DNA from: an uncultured delta proteobacterium
GTDB lineage: Bacteria; Desulfobacterota; Desulfuromonadia; Desulfuromonadales; JACZKF01
Direction of reading: 5' to 3'
Length of the DNA stretch: 64,000 nucleotides
Assembly: GCA_963816395.1 (NCBI GenBank)
Contig: CAWFKQ010000013.1
Span: 1-64,000, forward strand
Numbering within the stretch: the stretch's first letter is position 1; every line of letters starts with the position of its first letter. Of the stretch, positions 10,655 through 22,559 are shown piece after piece. The notes beneath the pieces were generated by a model. The model was given only the letters and a program-made list of their open reading frames with translations. It made no database searches and was not told the origin of the DNA. Made by a program: the position numbers and the translations under genes.

Positions 10655-12107
10655 ATGATCGATCTGACCATCCATGAACTGAGTGCCCGGCTTGCCCGCC
10701 GGGAAATCTCCTCCGTCGAAGTCACCCGCGCCTTTCTGGAGCGCATCGCCGCCACCGACGAGCGGATCAATGCCTTCATTACCGTCACCGGCGAGCAGGC
10801 CGTGGCGGCCGCCGAGGCCGCCGACCGGCGGCTGGCGGCGGGGGAGGCCGATCTGCTGACCGGCATCCCGCTGGCGCTCAAGGACATCTTCGTCACCGAG
10901 GGGGTGCGCACCACCTGCGCCTCGAAGATCCTGGCGAATTTCCTTCCTCCCTACGACGGCACCGCCGTCGCCCGGCTGAAGGAGCGCGGCGCGGTGCTCC
11001 TCGGCAAGCTGAACATGGACGAGTTCGCCATGGGCAGCTCCAACGAGAACAGCGCCTTCGGGTCCGGTGCTGAACCCCTGGGACACCGGCCGGGTGCCCG
11101 GCGGCTCTTCGGGCGGCAGCGCCGCCTGCGTCGCCGCCCGCCAGGCGGCCGGGGCGCTGGGGACCGACACCGGCGGCTCGATCCGCCAGCCCGCCGCCCA
11201 CTGCGGGGTGGTGGGGCTGAAGCCGACCTACGGCCGGGTCTCCCGCTACGGGGTGATCGCCTACGCCTCCTCCCTCGACCAGGTCGGCCCGCTCGCCCGC
11301 GACGTGGAGGACTGCGCCCTCCTGCTGCAGGCGGTGGCCGGCCACGACCCGGCCGACAGCACCTCCGTCGACGCTCCCGTCCCCGATTACCGCGCCGCCC
11401 TGCGCCCGGAGATGAAGGGGCTGCGCATCGGCCTGCCGCGGGAGTATTTCATCGCCGGCCTCGACCCGGAGGTCAAGGCCGCGGTGGAAGGGGCGATCGC
11501 CACCTGCCGCGAGCTGGGAGCGGAGATCGTCGAGGTCAGCCTGCCTCACACCGAGTACGCCGTGGCCTGCTATTACCTGATCGCCACCGCCGAGGCGAGC
11601 AGCAACCTGGCGCGCTACGACGGGGTGCGCTTCGGCCTGCGGGAAGACCAGGGGCAGGGGCTCATCGACATGTACATGCGCAGCCGCGCCGCCGGCTTCG
11701 GCGCCGAGGTCAAGCGGCGCATCATGCTCGGCACCTACGCCCTCTCCTCCGGCTATTACGACGCCTACTACCTCAAGGCGCAGAAGGTGCGGACGCTGAT
11801 CCGCCAGGACTTCCTGGAGGCCTTTGAAAAGGTCGACGTGCTGCTGACGCCGGTCGCTCCGACCCCGGCCTTCCGCCTCGGCGAGAAGACCGCCGATCCG
11901 CTGCAGATGTACCTGTCGGACATCTTCACCATCCCGGTCAATCTGGCCGGCACCTGCGCCCTGTCGGTCCCCTGCGGCTTCTCCGCGGCCGGGCTGCCCA
12001 TCGGCCTGCAGCTCATCGGCCGCCCCTTCGGCGAGGAGACGATCCTGGGCGCCGGGCACGCCTTCGAGCAGGCGACGGAGTGGCACAAAAGGAAACCCGC
12101 AATCTAG
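10655..12107 (+). CDS. gatA: Amidotransferase subunit A (frameshift near 11062)
   Basis: [43 protein letters not shown]. Confidence 0.95.
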
Positions 12108-12165
12108 TCATTTGTCCTTTGTCATTTGTTTTCAAACCAATGACCAATGACCCTTGACCAAGGAC
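12107..12165. repeat. Heptamer tandem/inverted array in the gatA-gatB spacer
   Basis: gtcattt gtccttt gtcattt ... ccaatga ccaatga cccttga ccaagga. Confidence 0.75.
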
Positions 12166-12173
12166 GAGATCCC

Positions 12174-13618
12174 ATGAAATACGAAACCGTCATCGGCCTG
12201 GAAGTCCATGTCCAGCTGACCACCGCCAGCAAGATCTTCTGCGGCTGCTCGACCCGCTTCGGGGCGGCGCCCAACTCCCAGACCTGCCCGGTCTGCCTGG
12301 GGCTGCCGGGGGCGCTGCCGGTGCTCAACCGGCAGGCGGTGGAGATGGCGATCATGACCGGCCTGGCGACCGGCTGCGGGATCGCCGAGCGCTCCGTCTT
12401 CGCCCGCAAGAACTACTTCTACCCCGACCTGCCGAAGGGCTACCAGATCTCCCAGTACGAGCTGCCCGTCTGCCTCCGCGGGCGCCTGGAGATCGAGACG
12501 CGCCGACGGCGGCCGCAAGGCGGTCGGCATCACCCGCATCCACATGGAGGAGGACGCCGGCAAGCTGCTGCACCCCGAGTCCTCCGAGGCCGGCAGCGTC
12601 TCCTGCGTCGACCTCAACCGGGCCTGCACGCCGCTGCTGGAGGTCGTCTCCGAGCCGGACCTGCGCTCCGCGGACGAGGCGGTCGCCTACCTGAAGAAAC
12701 TGCACCAGATCGTCGTCTATCTCGGGGTCTGCGACGGCAACCTGGAGGAGGGCTCCTTCCGCTGCGACGCCAACGTCTCCCTGCGCCCCTGGGGGCAGAA
12801 AGAGTTCGGCACCCGCACCGAGATCAAGAACGTCAACTCCTTCCGCTTCGTCAAGCAGGCGATCGACTACGAGGTGGAGCGGCAGGCGGAGGTGCTGGAG
12901 GACGGCGGCCGGGTGATCCAGGAGACGCGCCTGTTCGACCCGACCACCGGCGTCACCCGCTCCATGCGCGGCAAGGAGGAGGCGCACGACTACCGCTACT
13001 TCCCCGACCCCGACCTGGTGCCCCTGGTCATCTCCCGCGACTGGGTGGAGCGGGTGCGGCAGCAGCTGCCGGAGCTGCCGGAGGCGAAGATCGAGCGCTT
13101 CGTCGGCGCGTACGCCCTGCCGCGCTACGACGCCGAGGTGCTGGCCGCCGAGCGGGCGCTGGCCGACTACTTCGAGGCCTGCGTCGCCGCCGGCGGCAAT
13201 CCCAAGGCCTGCTCCAACTGGGTGATGGGCGAGGTGACGCGCGGCCTGAACGCCGACGGCGATCGGCATCGGCCAGTGCCCGGTGACCCCGGCGATGCTC
13301 GCCGGCATGCTGCGGCGCATCGACGACAGCACCATCTCCGGCAAGATCGCCAAGACCGTCTTCGACGAGATGTGGCAAAGCGGCAAGGACGCCGACGCCG
13401 TCATCGCCGAAAAAGGGCTGAAGCAGGTCACCGACACCGGCGCCATCGAGCAGATCATCGACGGGATCCTCGCCGCCAACCCGGGCCAGGTGGAGGAATA
13501 CCGCGGCGGCAAGGAAAAGGTCTTCGGCTTCTTCGTCGGCCAGGTGATGAAGGCGAGCAAGGGCAAGGCGAACCCGGCGGCGGTGAATGAGTTGCTGAAG
13601 AAGAAACTGCAGGGTTGA
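12174..13618 (+). CDS. gatB: Amidotransferase subunit B (frameshifts near 12505 and 13260)
   Basis: [60 protein letters not shown] across three ORFs. Confidence 0.95.
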
Positions 13619-13690
13619 GGAACGCGGTTTGCGGGACGCGAAAACCTTCCTTTCGCGTCCCGCGATCCGCGTCCCCGCGTCCCGATTCCG
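13619..13690. repeat. Heptamer tandem/inverted array in the gatB-mtnA spacer
   Basis: ggaacgc ggtttgc gggacgc gaaa ... tttc gcgtccc gcgatcc gcgtccc cgcgtccc. Confidence 0.7.
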
Positions 13691-13698
13691 GAGGAATC

Positions 13699-14744
<1,046 letters not shown>

Positions 14745-14750
<6 letters not shown>

Positions 14751-14866
14751 ATGTTGAATTTTTAATTTTGAATTGAGAGGCAATACAATCCTTAATCCTG
14801 GTGCAATTTCCGAAAGGAGGAGAATTTGACCTTGAATTCAACATTCGACATTCAAAATTCAAAATT
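14745..14866. repeat. AT-rich heptamer tandem/inverted array in the mtnA-glnE spacer
   Basis: ttttgaa tgttgaa tttttaa ttttgaa ... aattcaa cattcga cattcaa aattcaa. Confidence 0.8.
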
Positions 14867-17800
14867 ATGGATTTAACAAACCGTCTCACCTCCGCCCTGC
14901 AGGCGGCCGGCGACAAGCCGTTGCAGGCGCTGGTCGCCGAACTCGGCTTCGCCGAGGCGAAGAAGACCGCCGCCAACCTGCGGCTGCTGCAGGAGGTCTG
15001 CGCCGACGGGGAACTGCTCGCCGCGGTTGCCCTGGCGGCCACCGCTACCGCCGATCCCGATCTCGCCCTGAACAACCTCGAGCGCCTCTGCGGCACCGTC
15101 GCCGGCGCCGACCTCCAGCCTGTGCTGGCCGAGCCGACAGCCCGCCGCCGGCTGCTCACCGTCCTCGGCGCCTCCCCCTTCCTGGCCGGGCTCCTCTGCC
15201 GCCGCGCCGACTACTTCCAGGATCTTTTCCCCGGCGGGGAAATCGAACGCCGCAAGGGAGAGGCGGAGATGCTGGCGGAGTTGGCCGGCCGCCTTCCCGT
15301 TGAGACGTCTTTTGCCGAGCTGCAGAAAGAGCTGCGCCTGTACAAGGGGCGGGAGATCCTCCGCATCGGCAGCCGCGACCTGTGCGGCCTCGCTTCCCTG
15401 CCGGAGGTCACCGGCGAGCTCTCCGCCCTGGCCGCCGCCAGCCTGGAGCAGGCCTACCGGGTCTGCGACGCCCTGCTGCGCGCCGAGTACGGCGCCCCTC
15501 TGCTCCAGCAACGGGACCGAGGAGGCCGAGTTCACCATTCTCGGCATGGGCAAGCTCGGCGGCCGCGAGCTCAACTTCTCCTCCGACATCGACCTCATCT
15601 ACTTCTATTCCTCGGAAAAGGGGGAGACCGCCGGCGTTCCCGATCCCCTCGGGGAGAGGCGCAACCGCCTGCACCTGCACCAGTACTTCTGCAAACTGGG
15701 GGAGATGATCACCCGGGCGATCAGCCAGGCGACCGAGGACGGCTTCGTCTTCCGGGTCGACCTGCGCCTGCGGCCGGAGGGGAACAGCGGCGATCTGGCG
15801 ACCTCCCTGCGCAGCGCCGAGGTCTATTACGAGAGCTGGGGGCAGAGCTGGGAACGGGCGGCCATGCTCAAGGCCCGGCCGGTGGCCGGCTCCCTCGCCC
15901 TGGGCGAGCGGCTGCTGAAGGACCTGGAACCCTTCATCTACCGGCGCTATCTCGATTACGCGATGATCGAGGACATCAAGCAGATGAAGCAGAAGATCGA
16001 CCGCAGCCTGTCCCGCGAGCGGGAGGGGGAGCTCAACCTCAAGCTCGGCCGCGGCGGCATCCGGGAGATCGAATTCTTCATCCAGGCTCTGCAGCTTATT
16101 TACGCCGGCAAGAATCCCGTCCTGCGCGAGCGCAATTCGCTGTGCGCCCTGGAAATCCTGCAGGAGCAGGGGCTGATCAAGGCCGACGATTACGTCATCA
16201 TGCGCGAGGCTTACACCTTCCTGCGGACGGTCGAGCACCGCATCCAGGTGGTGCAGGAGCGGCAGACGCACAACCTGCCGGTGCGCGCCGAGGAAACGGC
16301 CGCCCTGGCCCGCCGCTGCGGGTATGCCGGGGAGTCGGCCTTCAGCAAGGTTCTGGAAGATTACCGGCGGGCGGTGGAGGGGATTTACCGTGAGCTCTTC
16401 CACACCAGCGAGGAGGAAATACGCCAGGAGGTCAGGCCCGAGGTGGCCTTTCTCTTCGACCCGGCGGCCGATCCCGACCTGGTGAAGGATATTCTCGAGG
16501 AAAAGGGGTTTAAAAACCTCGACGCGGCCTGCGAAATTCTGACGACTCTGCGCGACGGGCCGCCGCGCGCCCATCTCAGTCAGCAGGCCCGGCGGCATCT
16601 GGAGCGCATCGCCCCTCTGCTGCTGCAGGAGGTCATCGACTCCCCCGAACCGGACATGGCCCTGATCAATCTGGACCGCTTCCTCACCATGCTGCGGGCA
16701 CGCGCTACCTTCTTTGCCCTGCTGGCGGAAAATCGCGAGATCATCCGACTGCTGGTCACTCTCTTCGGTACCAGCCAGTTCCTCTCGCGTATTTTCATTC
16801 AGCACCCGGAAATCCTCGATTCCCTGGTCTCCCGCACCTATGCGGTGACGATCAAGGAACAGGCGAGCATGGAAAAAGAGCTGGCAGAGCTTCTCGATCA
16901 GGCCGCCGACTACGAAGAGAAGCTCGACGTGCTGCGCCGCTACCGTAACGAGGAATTCCTGCGCATCGCCTTGAACGATCTGCACGGGCACACCGCCCAG
17001 GCGGAAGGAACCGCCCAGCTCTCCTGTCTCGCCCGCACCTGCCTGAAAATGGCGCTGGAAATCGCCCGCGAGGAACTTGTTCCGCGCTTCGGCCTCCCCT
17101 TCTGCCGGGATGCCGAAGGGGTGGAGCACGAGGCGGGTTTCGCCATTCTCGGCATGGGCAAGCTGGGGGGGATGGAGATCAACTACCACTCCGACCTGGA
17201 CATCATCTTCATCTATCAGGGGGAGGGGGAGACGCGGCCGGTGGCGGGGAGCGAGGCGGAGCGCTTCCGGCCGCTGAGCAATCCGGAATATTTCGCCCGC
17301 CTGGCGCAGCGGGTCATTTCCGTGCTGACCCTGGTCACCCGCGAGGGGTACGTCTACCAGATCGATACTCGCCTGCGCCCCTCCGGCAATCAGGGGCCGC
17401 TGGTGACCAGCCTCGATGCCTTCGAGCGCTACCACCGGCAGTCGGCGCAGCTCTGGGAGCGGCAGGCGCTGACCAAGGCGCGGGTGGTCGCCGGTCCGCA
17501 GGCACTGGCCCGGCAAATAACCGAGCTGATCCGGCAGATCGTCTACGAAAGTCCTCTGCCCCCTGGTCTGCGGGAAGAAATTCACCGGCTGCGCGCCCGT
17601 ATGGAAACCGAGATCGCCCGCGAGAGTGCCGAACACTTCAACATTAAAACCGGCCGCGGCGGCATGGTCGATGTCGAGTTCCTCGTCCAGTATCTGCAAT
17701 TGCGCCACGGTGCCGAATACCCCGAGTCTGCAGGCCAGCAATACCCTGAAGGCCCTGAAGGCGCTGCAGGCCGCCGGCCTGCTGGGAGAGGCCGATTTTA

Positions 17801-18057
17801 CCGTGCTGAACGACGGTTACCATTTCCTGCGGCGGCTGGAGAACAAGCTGCGTCTGGTCCACGACCAGTCGATCAACCAGCTTTCAGGGGACCGGACCTA
17901 CCTGGTCCGGCTGGCCCGGCGGCTCGGTTATCCCGACCGGCCGCGCCGTCCCGACGAGGCTTTCCTGGAGGAATACCGGCAGGTGACGGAAAAGATAAGG
18001 GCGATCTTCGACCGCTTCATCGGGTCGGAAGAGCCAGCGGCGCCTCCCTCCGGATGA
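14867..18057 (+). CDS. glnE: Glutamine synthetase adenylyltransferase/adenylyl-removing enzyme (frameshifts near 15510 and 17725)
   Basis: Two nucleotidyltransferase modules: GMGKLGGRELNFSSDID / RVDLRLRPEG and GMGKLGGMEINYHSDLD / IDTRLRPSG. Confidence 0.93.
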
Positions 18058-18762
18058 CGACGCCCGGGCCGGTTCAGGGGACCAGTGCCCCGGTGGCAGG
18101 CGGAAGCCCGCCAGCCCCTGGCGGTAGACGCTCGCTGGCAGGCGGGCGCGGACCCGCTCCAGATAGGTGCCGATGATCAGCTCCCGCAGCCGGGCGCGCA
18201 CCGCCGGCGCCGGGCGATCGAACAGCAGGCCAATCTCCTTGACGTCCGTGCCGTCGAGGTCCCACCGGTCCATCGCGTAGATCACTTTGCCTTCCATGGT
18301 GAGCCCCTCCCGGGCCAGGAATAGAACCACCTCTTCGCCCAGGGCCAGCTCCCGGTGGTGAAAAAACCGGCAGCCATAGTCGGAGAGGCTGGTCAGCCGG
18401 GCTTCACTGGTCTGGTGGCGGCAATAGATGCTGGTGGGCAACTGCAGATTGATCCGGATATGGGAGCGGGGAGGAGAATGGAAGCGGGATTCCAGGGCCG
18501 CCCACAACTCTTCCGGCAGCAGCGGCAGGGGGAGCCGGTCCGGCCCGCCGCCCCCGTCGGGCGCCAGCCACAGCAGCGGCCCGTGTGCCGGCGGCAGGGA
18601 GGTGCCCGCCTCCAGCAGCAGCAGGTCCTCAGCCGTCGGCGCCGGCAGCAGCCGGTACTGCCATTCCTCCAGCAGGGTGGCCAGGACGGTGCGCCAGGCG
18701 GACGGCGGCAGTTGCAGGGCGAGGCGCCTTGCGCGGGTTTTGGCAGGTCGATCGGTGAGCAT
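17884..18762 (-). CDS. PilZ-domain protein (true stop may be 18074 after a frameshift)
   Basis: PPRSHIR (RxxxR) and SLSDYG motifs; the ORF overlaps the glnE 3' end. Confidence 0.65.
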   Translation of the reverse strand: MLTDRPAKTRARRLALQLPPSAWRTVLATLLEEWQYRLLPAPTAEDLLLLEAGTSLPPAHGPLLWLAPDGGGGPDRLPLPLLPEELWAALESRFHSPPRSHIRINLQLPTSIYCRHQTSEARLTSLSDYGCRFFHHRELALGEEVVLFLAREGLTMEGKVIYAMDRWDLDGTDVKEIGLLFDRPAPAVRARLRELIIGTYLERVRARLPASVYRQGLAGFRLPPGHWSPEPARASSSGGRRRWLFRPDEAVEDRPYLFRHLPVFLQESLVGTARPVGITEPPGQPDQVGPVP

Positions 18763-18786
18763 CGCCGCTTTCGCTGGAGGCAGAGA

Positions 18787-19551
18787 TCAGAGACCGTGCA
18801 GGTCGACGACAATGGCGGTGCGGTCGTCGCGCGGCGGATCTTCGGCGCCGAATTCCCGCAGGGCAGAAAAAAGTTCCTCGAGAAAATGCAGGTGATCGCC
18901 ATTCTTCCGCTGCAGAACCTGCTGCAGTCGCTCCTGGCCGAAGAGAACGCCTTCGGCATCGGCAGCTTCGGTAATCCCGTCGGTATAGAGCAGGAGACGA
19001 TCGCCGGGCGCGAAGTGAAAATCGCCCCGACCGATCTCCGGGTGGGCGAAAAAGCCGATCGGCGGCGCCGTCGGCGGCAGGCTGAGCACTCGCTCGCCGC
19101 GTTTTACCAGGGGGGCCGGATGGCCGGCATTGATGTACTGAAGGGTCAGGGTGCGCGGATCGATGATGCCGAAGAAGAGGGTGGAGGAGAAGAAATGGTC
19201 GAACTCCCGGGACCGGGCGGCGAAGGAGAGCAGAAACTCGTTGGCGTGCTGCACCAGTTCCAGGGCACAGATGTCGCGGGAGGAGCGATGGATGAAGCCG
19301 TAGAGGAGAGCCATCACCAGGGAGGCGTGCACGCCATGGCCGGTGACATCGCCGATGAAAACCGCCTGGCAGTCGCCGGGCATGGAAATGAAGTCGAAGT
19401 AATCCCCGCCCAGCCCCAGCGCCATCAGGTTCTTGGTGCCGATGCAGCACCAGCCGCAGGCCGGAGAGATCTTCGGAAAGAGGATCTGCTGGACATGGCC
19501 GGCCAGATCGATCTCCCGCTCCAGCCCGAATTCTTCTTTCAGCCTCTTCAT
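18787..19551 (-). CDS. Stand-alone PP2C/SpoIIE-family (RsbU-like) phosphatase
   Basis: GGDYFD, IGDVTGHG, NAGHP, YTDGITE, DDRT. Confidence 0.9.
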   Translation of the reverse strand: MKRLKEEFGLEREIDLAGHVQQILFPKISPACGWCCIGTKNLMALGLGGDYFDFISMPGDCQAVFIGDVTGHGVHASLVMALLYGFIHRSSRDICALELVQHANEFLLSFAARSREFDHFFSSTLFFGIIDPRTLTLQYINAGHPAPLVKRGERVLSLPPTAPPIGFFAHPEIGRGDFHFAPGDRLLLYTDGITEAADAEGVLFGQERLQQVLQRKNGDHLHFLEELFSALREFGAEDPPRDDRTAIVVDLHGL

Positions 19552-19625
19552 GCCTCCCCCGCCGCTTAAGGTTGTCACCACTTTAGCGAAAATCACAGCT
19601 GAACGCCAGCGCCAAGCCAAGACCG

Positions 19626-19657
19626 GTGAGATAGCAAGTAGCGGGATAGCGAGGTAG
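19626..19657. repeat. Octamer tandem array (gtgagata family)
   Basis: gtgagata gcaagta gcgggata gcgaggta; same family at 26377 and 49460. Confidence 0.65.
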
Positions 19658-20419
19658 TCAAAAGGCCCGCAGCCGCCGGTCCATGAGATGCCGCGGATGG
19701 ACATTGCCCAGGGCGCCGAGCAGGCTTTTCTTCAGGTGCGGATTCTCCTGCGCCAGTTCGCCGATGAGTCCCTTCATGCGCTTGCGTTTCTGATCGACCT
19801 GGCCGCATACCGGGCAGGCGCAGCAGATCACCGGGAAGGCGTTGTCGCGGGCAAAGGCGATGATCTCCCGCTCCTCGACATAGACCAGGGGGCGGATGAC
19901 GGTCTGCCGGCCGTTGTCGGCCAGCAGCTTGGGACTCATGGCCGCCAGGGTGCCGACGTAGAACTGGTTCAGCAGGAGGGTCTCGATGAAGTCATCGAGA
20001 TGGTGGCCGAGGGCGATCTTGTTGCAGCCGAGTTCTTCCGCCACCGTGTACAGCACCCCCCGGCGCAGCCGGGCGCAGAAGGAGCAGTAGGAGGATCCGG
20101 GGCGCCGCTTCTCCTCGATGATCCGGTAGCAGTCGGTATCCTCCATCCGGTAGGAAAAGCCATTCTCCCGCAGATGCTCCTCGATCTTCTCCTTGCGGTA
20201 GCCGGGAAAACCGGCATCGATGTTCACCGCCACCAGCTCATATTTCACCGGTGCCCGGCGCCGCAGGCGTTCCAGGATATGCAGCAGGGTATAGCTGTCC
20301 TTGCCGCCGGATACCCCGACGGCGATGCGGTCGCCGGCCTCGACCAGGTTGAAATCGCCGATGGCCCGGCCGGTCAGTTTGCGGATCCGCCGGTAGCGGT
20401 GGTCTTCGATCAGTTCCAC
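19658..20419 (-). CDS. ttcA: tRNA 2-thiocytidine(32) synthetase
   Basis: SGGKDS, CSFCARLRRG, GHHLDD, CPVC. Confidence 0.92.
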   Translation of the reverse strand: MELIEDHRYRRIRKLTGRAIGDFNLVEAGDRIAVGVSGGKDSYTLLHILERLRRRAPVKYELVAVNIDAGFPGYRKEKIEEHLRENGFSYRMEDTDCYRIIEEKRRPGSSYCSFCARLRRGVLYTVAEELGCNKIALGHHLDDFIETLLLNQFYVGTLAAMSPKLLADNGRQTVIRPLVYVEEREIIAFARDNAFPVICCACPVCGQVDQKRKRMKGLIGELAQENPHLKKSLLGALGNVHPRHLMDRRLRAF

Positions 20420-20554
20420 TGTGCTGCTCCGTTCCTGCTGGGGTTGCCGCCTTTTTAATCGATCCAGGGGAAATTTGCAAGGGCTGGCAATGCGGCCGGT
20501 CATTAGACGGATCGCGGATAACGATTATACTTTTTTACCTGTCAAGAGGTCTGC

Positions 20555-22468
20555 ATGCACATTGACGATCCTTCCCTGGTACATTGTTTCGGGTGCGGCG
20601 TGCTGCTGTTCGACCGCCGCGGCGGAGTGACCTTCGCCAATGAGCCGGCGCGCCGGCTTCTCGGTCTCACCGACCGTGATCTCCTGCAGACGGCCCAGCC
20701 GCATCCCTGGCGGATGCTTGCCGCCGACGGGCAGCCATTGACGGCGGCCGAGCATCCCTTTTCCCGCATCCTGAGGGGGGAGAGGATGGTCGGCGAGGAG
20801 TTCCGTCTCGAATGCCGGGACGGCTCGACCCTGACGGTGGCCATGAACGGCGCCCCGCTGGTCGGCCCTGGCGGCGAGACCACCGGCGGGGTGGTCGATT
20901 TCAACGACATCACCGAAAAGAGCAGGGCGCAGGCGGCGGTGCGGCAGGCCATGGAGCGGCTGGCGGCGAGCGAGTCGCGCCTGCGGGCGCTGGTCGGCTC
21001 CATCGACGAAATCGTCTTCGAATTCGATGCCGACGGCATCTATCTCAATGTCTGGACCGGCAACGAGGAGCTGCTCAAGCGGCCGCGCGAGGAACTGCTG
21101 GGTCGGCCGGTGACGGAGGTGGTAGGGGAGGAACTTGGCGCTCAGTTTCTGGAGCGCCTGCGCCGGGTGCAGCGCACCGGTGTACCGGAAACCTTCGATT
21201 ATCCGCTGCAGGTGCTCGGCGGCGCCCGCTGGTTCCTGGCCCGTGTCGCCCCCATTCCGCCAGCCGACGACGCCCCCGTCACCCTCGCCTTCCTGGCCCG
21301 CGACATCACCGACCGCAAGCAGATGGAGGAGGTCCTGCGCGCCTCGGAGCGCCGCTTCCACCAGATCCTGGAAAATATTCAGCTCGCCGCCCTGATGCTG
21401 GACCGCCAGGGGCGGGTGACCTTCTGCAACGATTTTCTTCTGCGGCTGACCGGCCGCAGCCGTGAGGAGCTGCTGGGGCGGGACTGGTTCGACTCCTGCA
21501 TTCCTCCCGAGGACCGGCGGCAGCTGCGGGACTTCTGGCGGCAGACGATAAAATCGCGCGCCACCTCCCGCTATCACGAATCTCCCATCCTGACCGTCAG
21601 CGGCGAACACCGTCTGCTGGCCTGGAACGTCATCGTCCAGCGCGGCGCGGAAGGGCGGGCGCTGTTCTGCGCCAGTATCGGCCAGGACATCACCGAACGG
21701 CAGCGCGCCGAGGAGGTCCTGCGCCGCAGCGACGAGATGAAGAGCGAATTCATCTCCATTGCCGCCCACGAGTTGCGCACGCCGCTCACCAGCATCCTCG
21801 GCTATGCCGAAATTCTTCTGAACCAGGCGCATTTCGGCGAATTCACCGCCGAGCAGCAGCGCAGTTTCCTGCAGGAGATCTACGATAAGGGGCTGGTGCT
21901 GGCGGAGACGGTCAATGAGTTGCTCGATCTCAGCCGCATCGAGTCCGGCCAGTCGATCCCCCTGCAGCTGGCGCCTTGTTCGCTGGACGAGATCCTTTCC
22001 AGCCTGGTGGCAAGTTACCGGCGCAATTTCCCCCGGCACCGTTTCGAGCTGCAACTGGAGCAGCACTGCCCGGCCGGGATCCTGGTCGACCGGCGCAAGA
22101 TGGAGCAGGTGATGGAGAACCTCATGAGCAATGCCGTCCGTTATTCGCCGGCCGACAGCCTGGTCCGGATCGTCGGCCGCCAGGAGAAGGGCGGTTACCG
22201 GGTAACGGTTATCGACCAGGGGATCGGCATGAAGCCGGAGCAGGTGGCACGGATTTTTGAAAAATTCTATCGTGCCGATTTCTCCGACACCTCCACCGGT
22301 GGCTTGGGGCTGGGGATGAGCATCGTCAAGGGGATCATCGAGGCGCACGGCGGCTGGATTCACGTGGAGAGTGCGCCCGGGCAGGGAACATCGGTCAGCT
22401 TCTTCCTGCCGGAGGAGGGGAGCGGTGAACGAAAGCGGGAAACCAGCAGGAATTCCATACAGCTTTAA
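20555..22468 (+). CDS. Multi-PAS sensor histidine kinase
   Basis: Three PAS domains, AAHELRTPL, NLMSNAVRY, GLGLGMS. Confidence 0.92.
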   Translation: MHIDDPSLVHCFGCGVLLFDRRGGVTFANEPARRLLGLTDRDLLQTAQPHPWRMLAADGQPLTAAEHPFSRILRGERMVGEEFRLECRDGSTLTVAMNGAPLVGPGGETTGGVVDFNDITEKSRAQAAVRQAMERLAASESRLRALVGSIDEIVFEFDADGIYLNVWTGNEELLKRPREELLGRPVTEVVGEELGAQFLERLRRVQRTGVPETFDYPLQVLGGARWFLARVAPIPPADDAPVTLAFLARDITDRKQMEEVLRASERRFHQILENIQLAALMLDRQGRVTFCNDFLLRLTGRSREELLGRDWFDSCIPPEDRRQLRDFWRQTIKSRATSRYHESPILTVSGEHRLLAWNVIVQRGAEGRALFCASIGQDITERQRAEEVLRRSDEMKSEFISIAAHELRTPLTSILGYAEILLNQAHFGEFTAEQQRSFLQEIYDKGLVLAETVNELLDLSRIESGQSIPLQLAPCSLDEILSSLVASYRRNFPRHRFELQLEQHCPAGILVDRRKMEQVMENLMSNAVRYSPADSLVRIVGRQEKGGYRVTVIDQGIGMKPEQVARIFEKFYRADFSDTSTGGLGLGMSIVKGIIEAHGGWIHVESAPGQGTSVSFFLPEEGSGERKRETSRNSIQL

Positions 22469-22505
22469 GAGCGGTCAGGAAAGCGCCTGCCGCAGCCGGT
22501 CAGCT

Positions 22506-22541
22506 GAAGAGCCGGGCCCCGTGGCCCGGCTCTTCCTTTTT
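22506..22541 (+). terminator. Intrinsic terminator between convergent genes
   Basis: GAAGAGCCGGG...CCCGGCTCTTC followed by CTTTTT. Confidence 0.7.
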
Positions 22542-22559
22542 CGGCAGAGGAGCGGGGTG

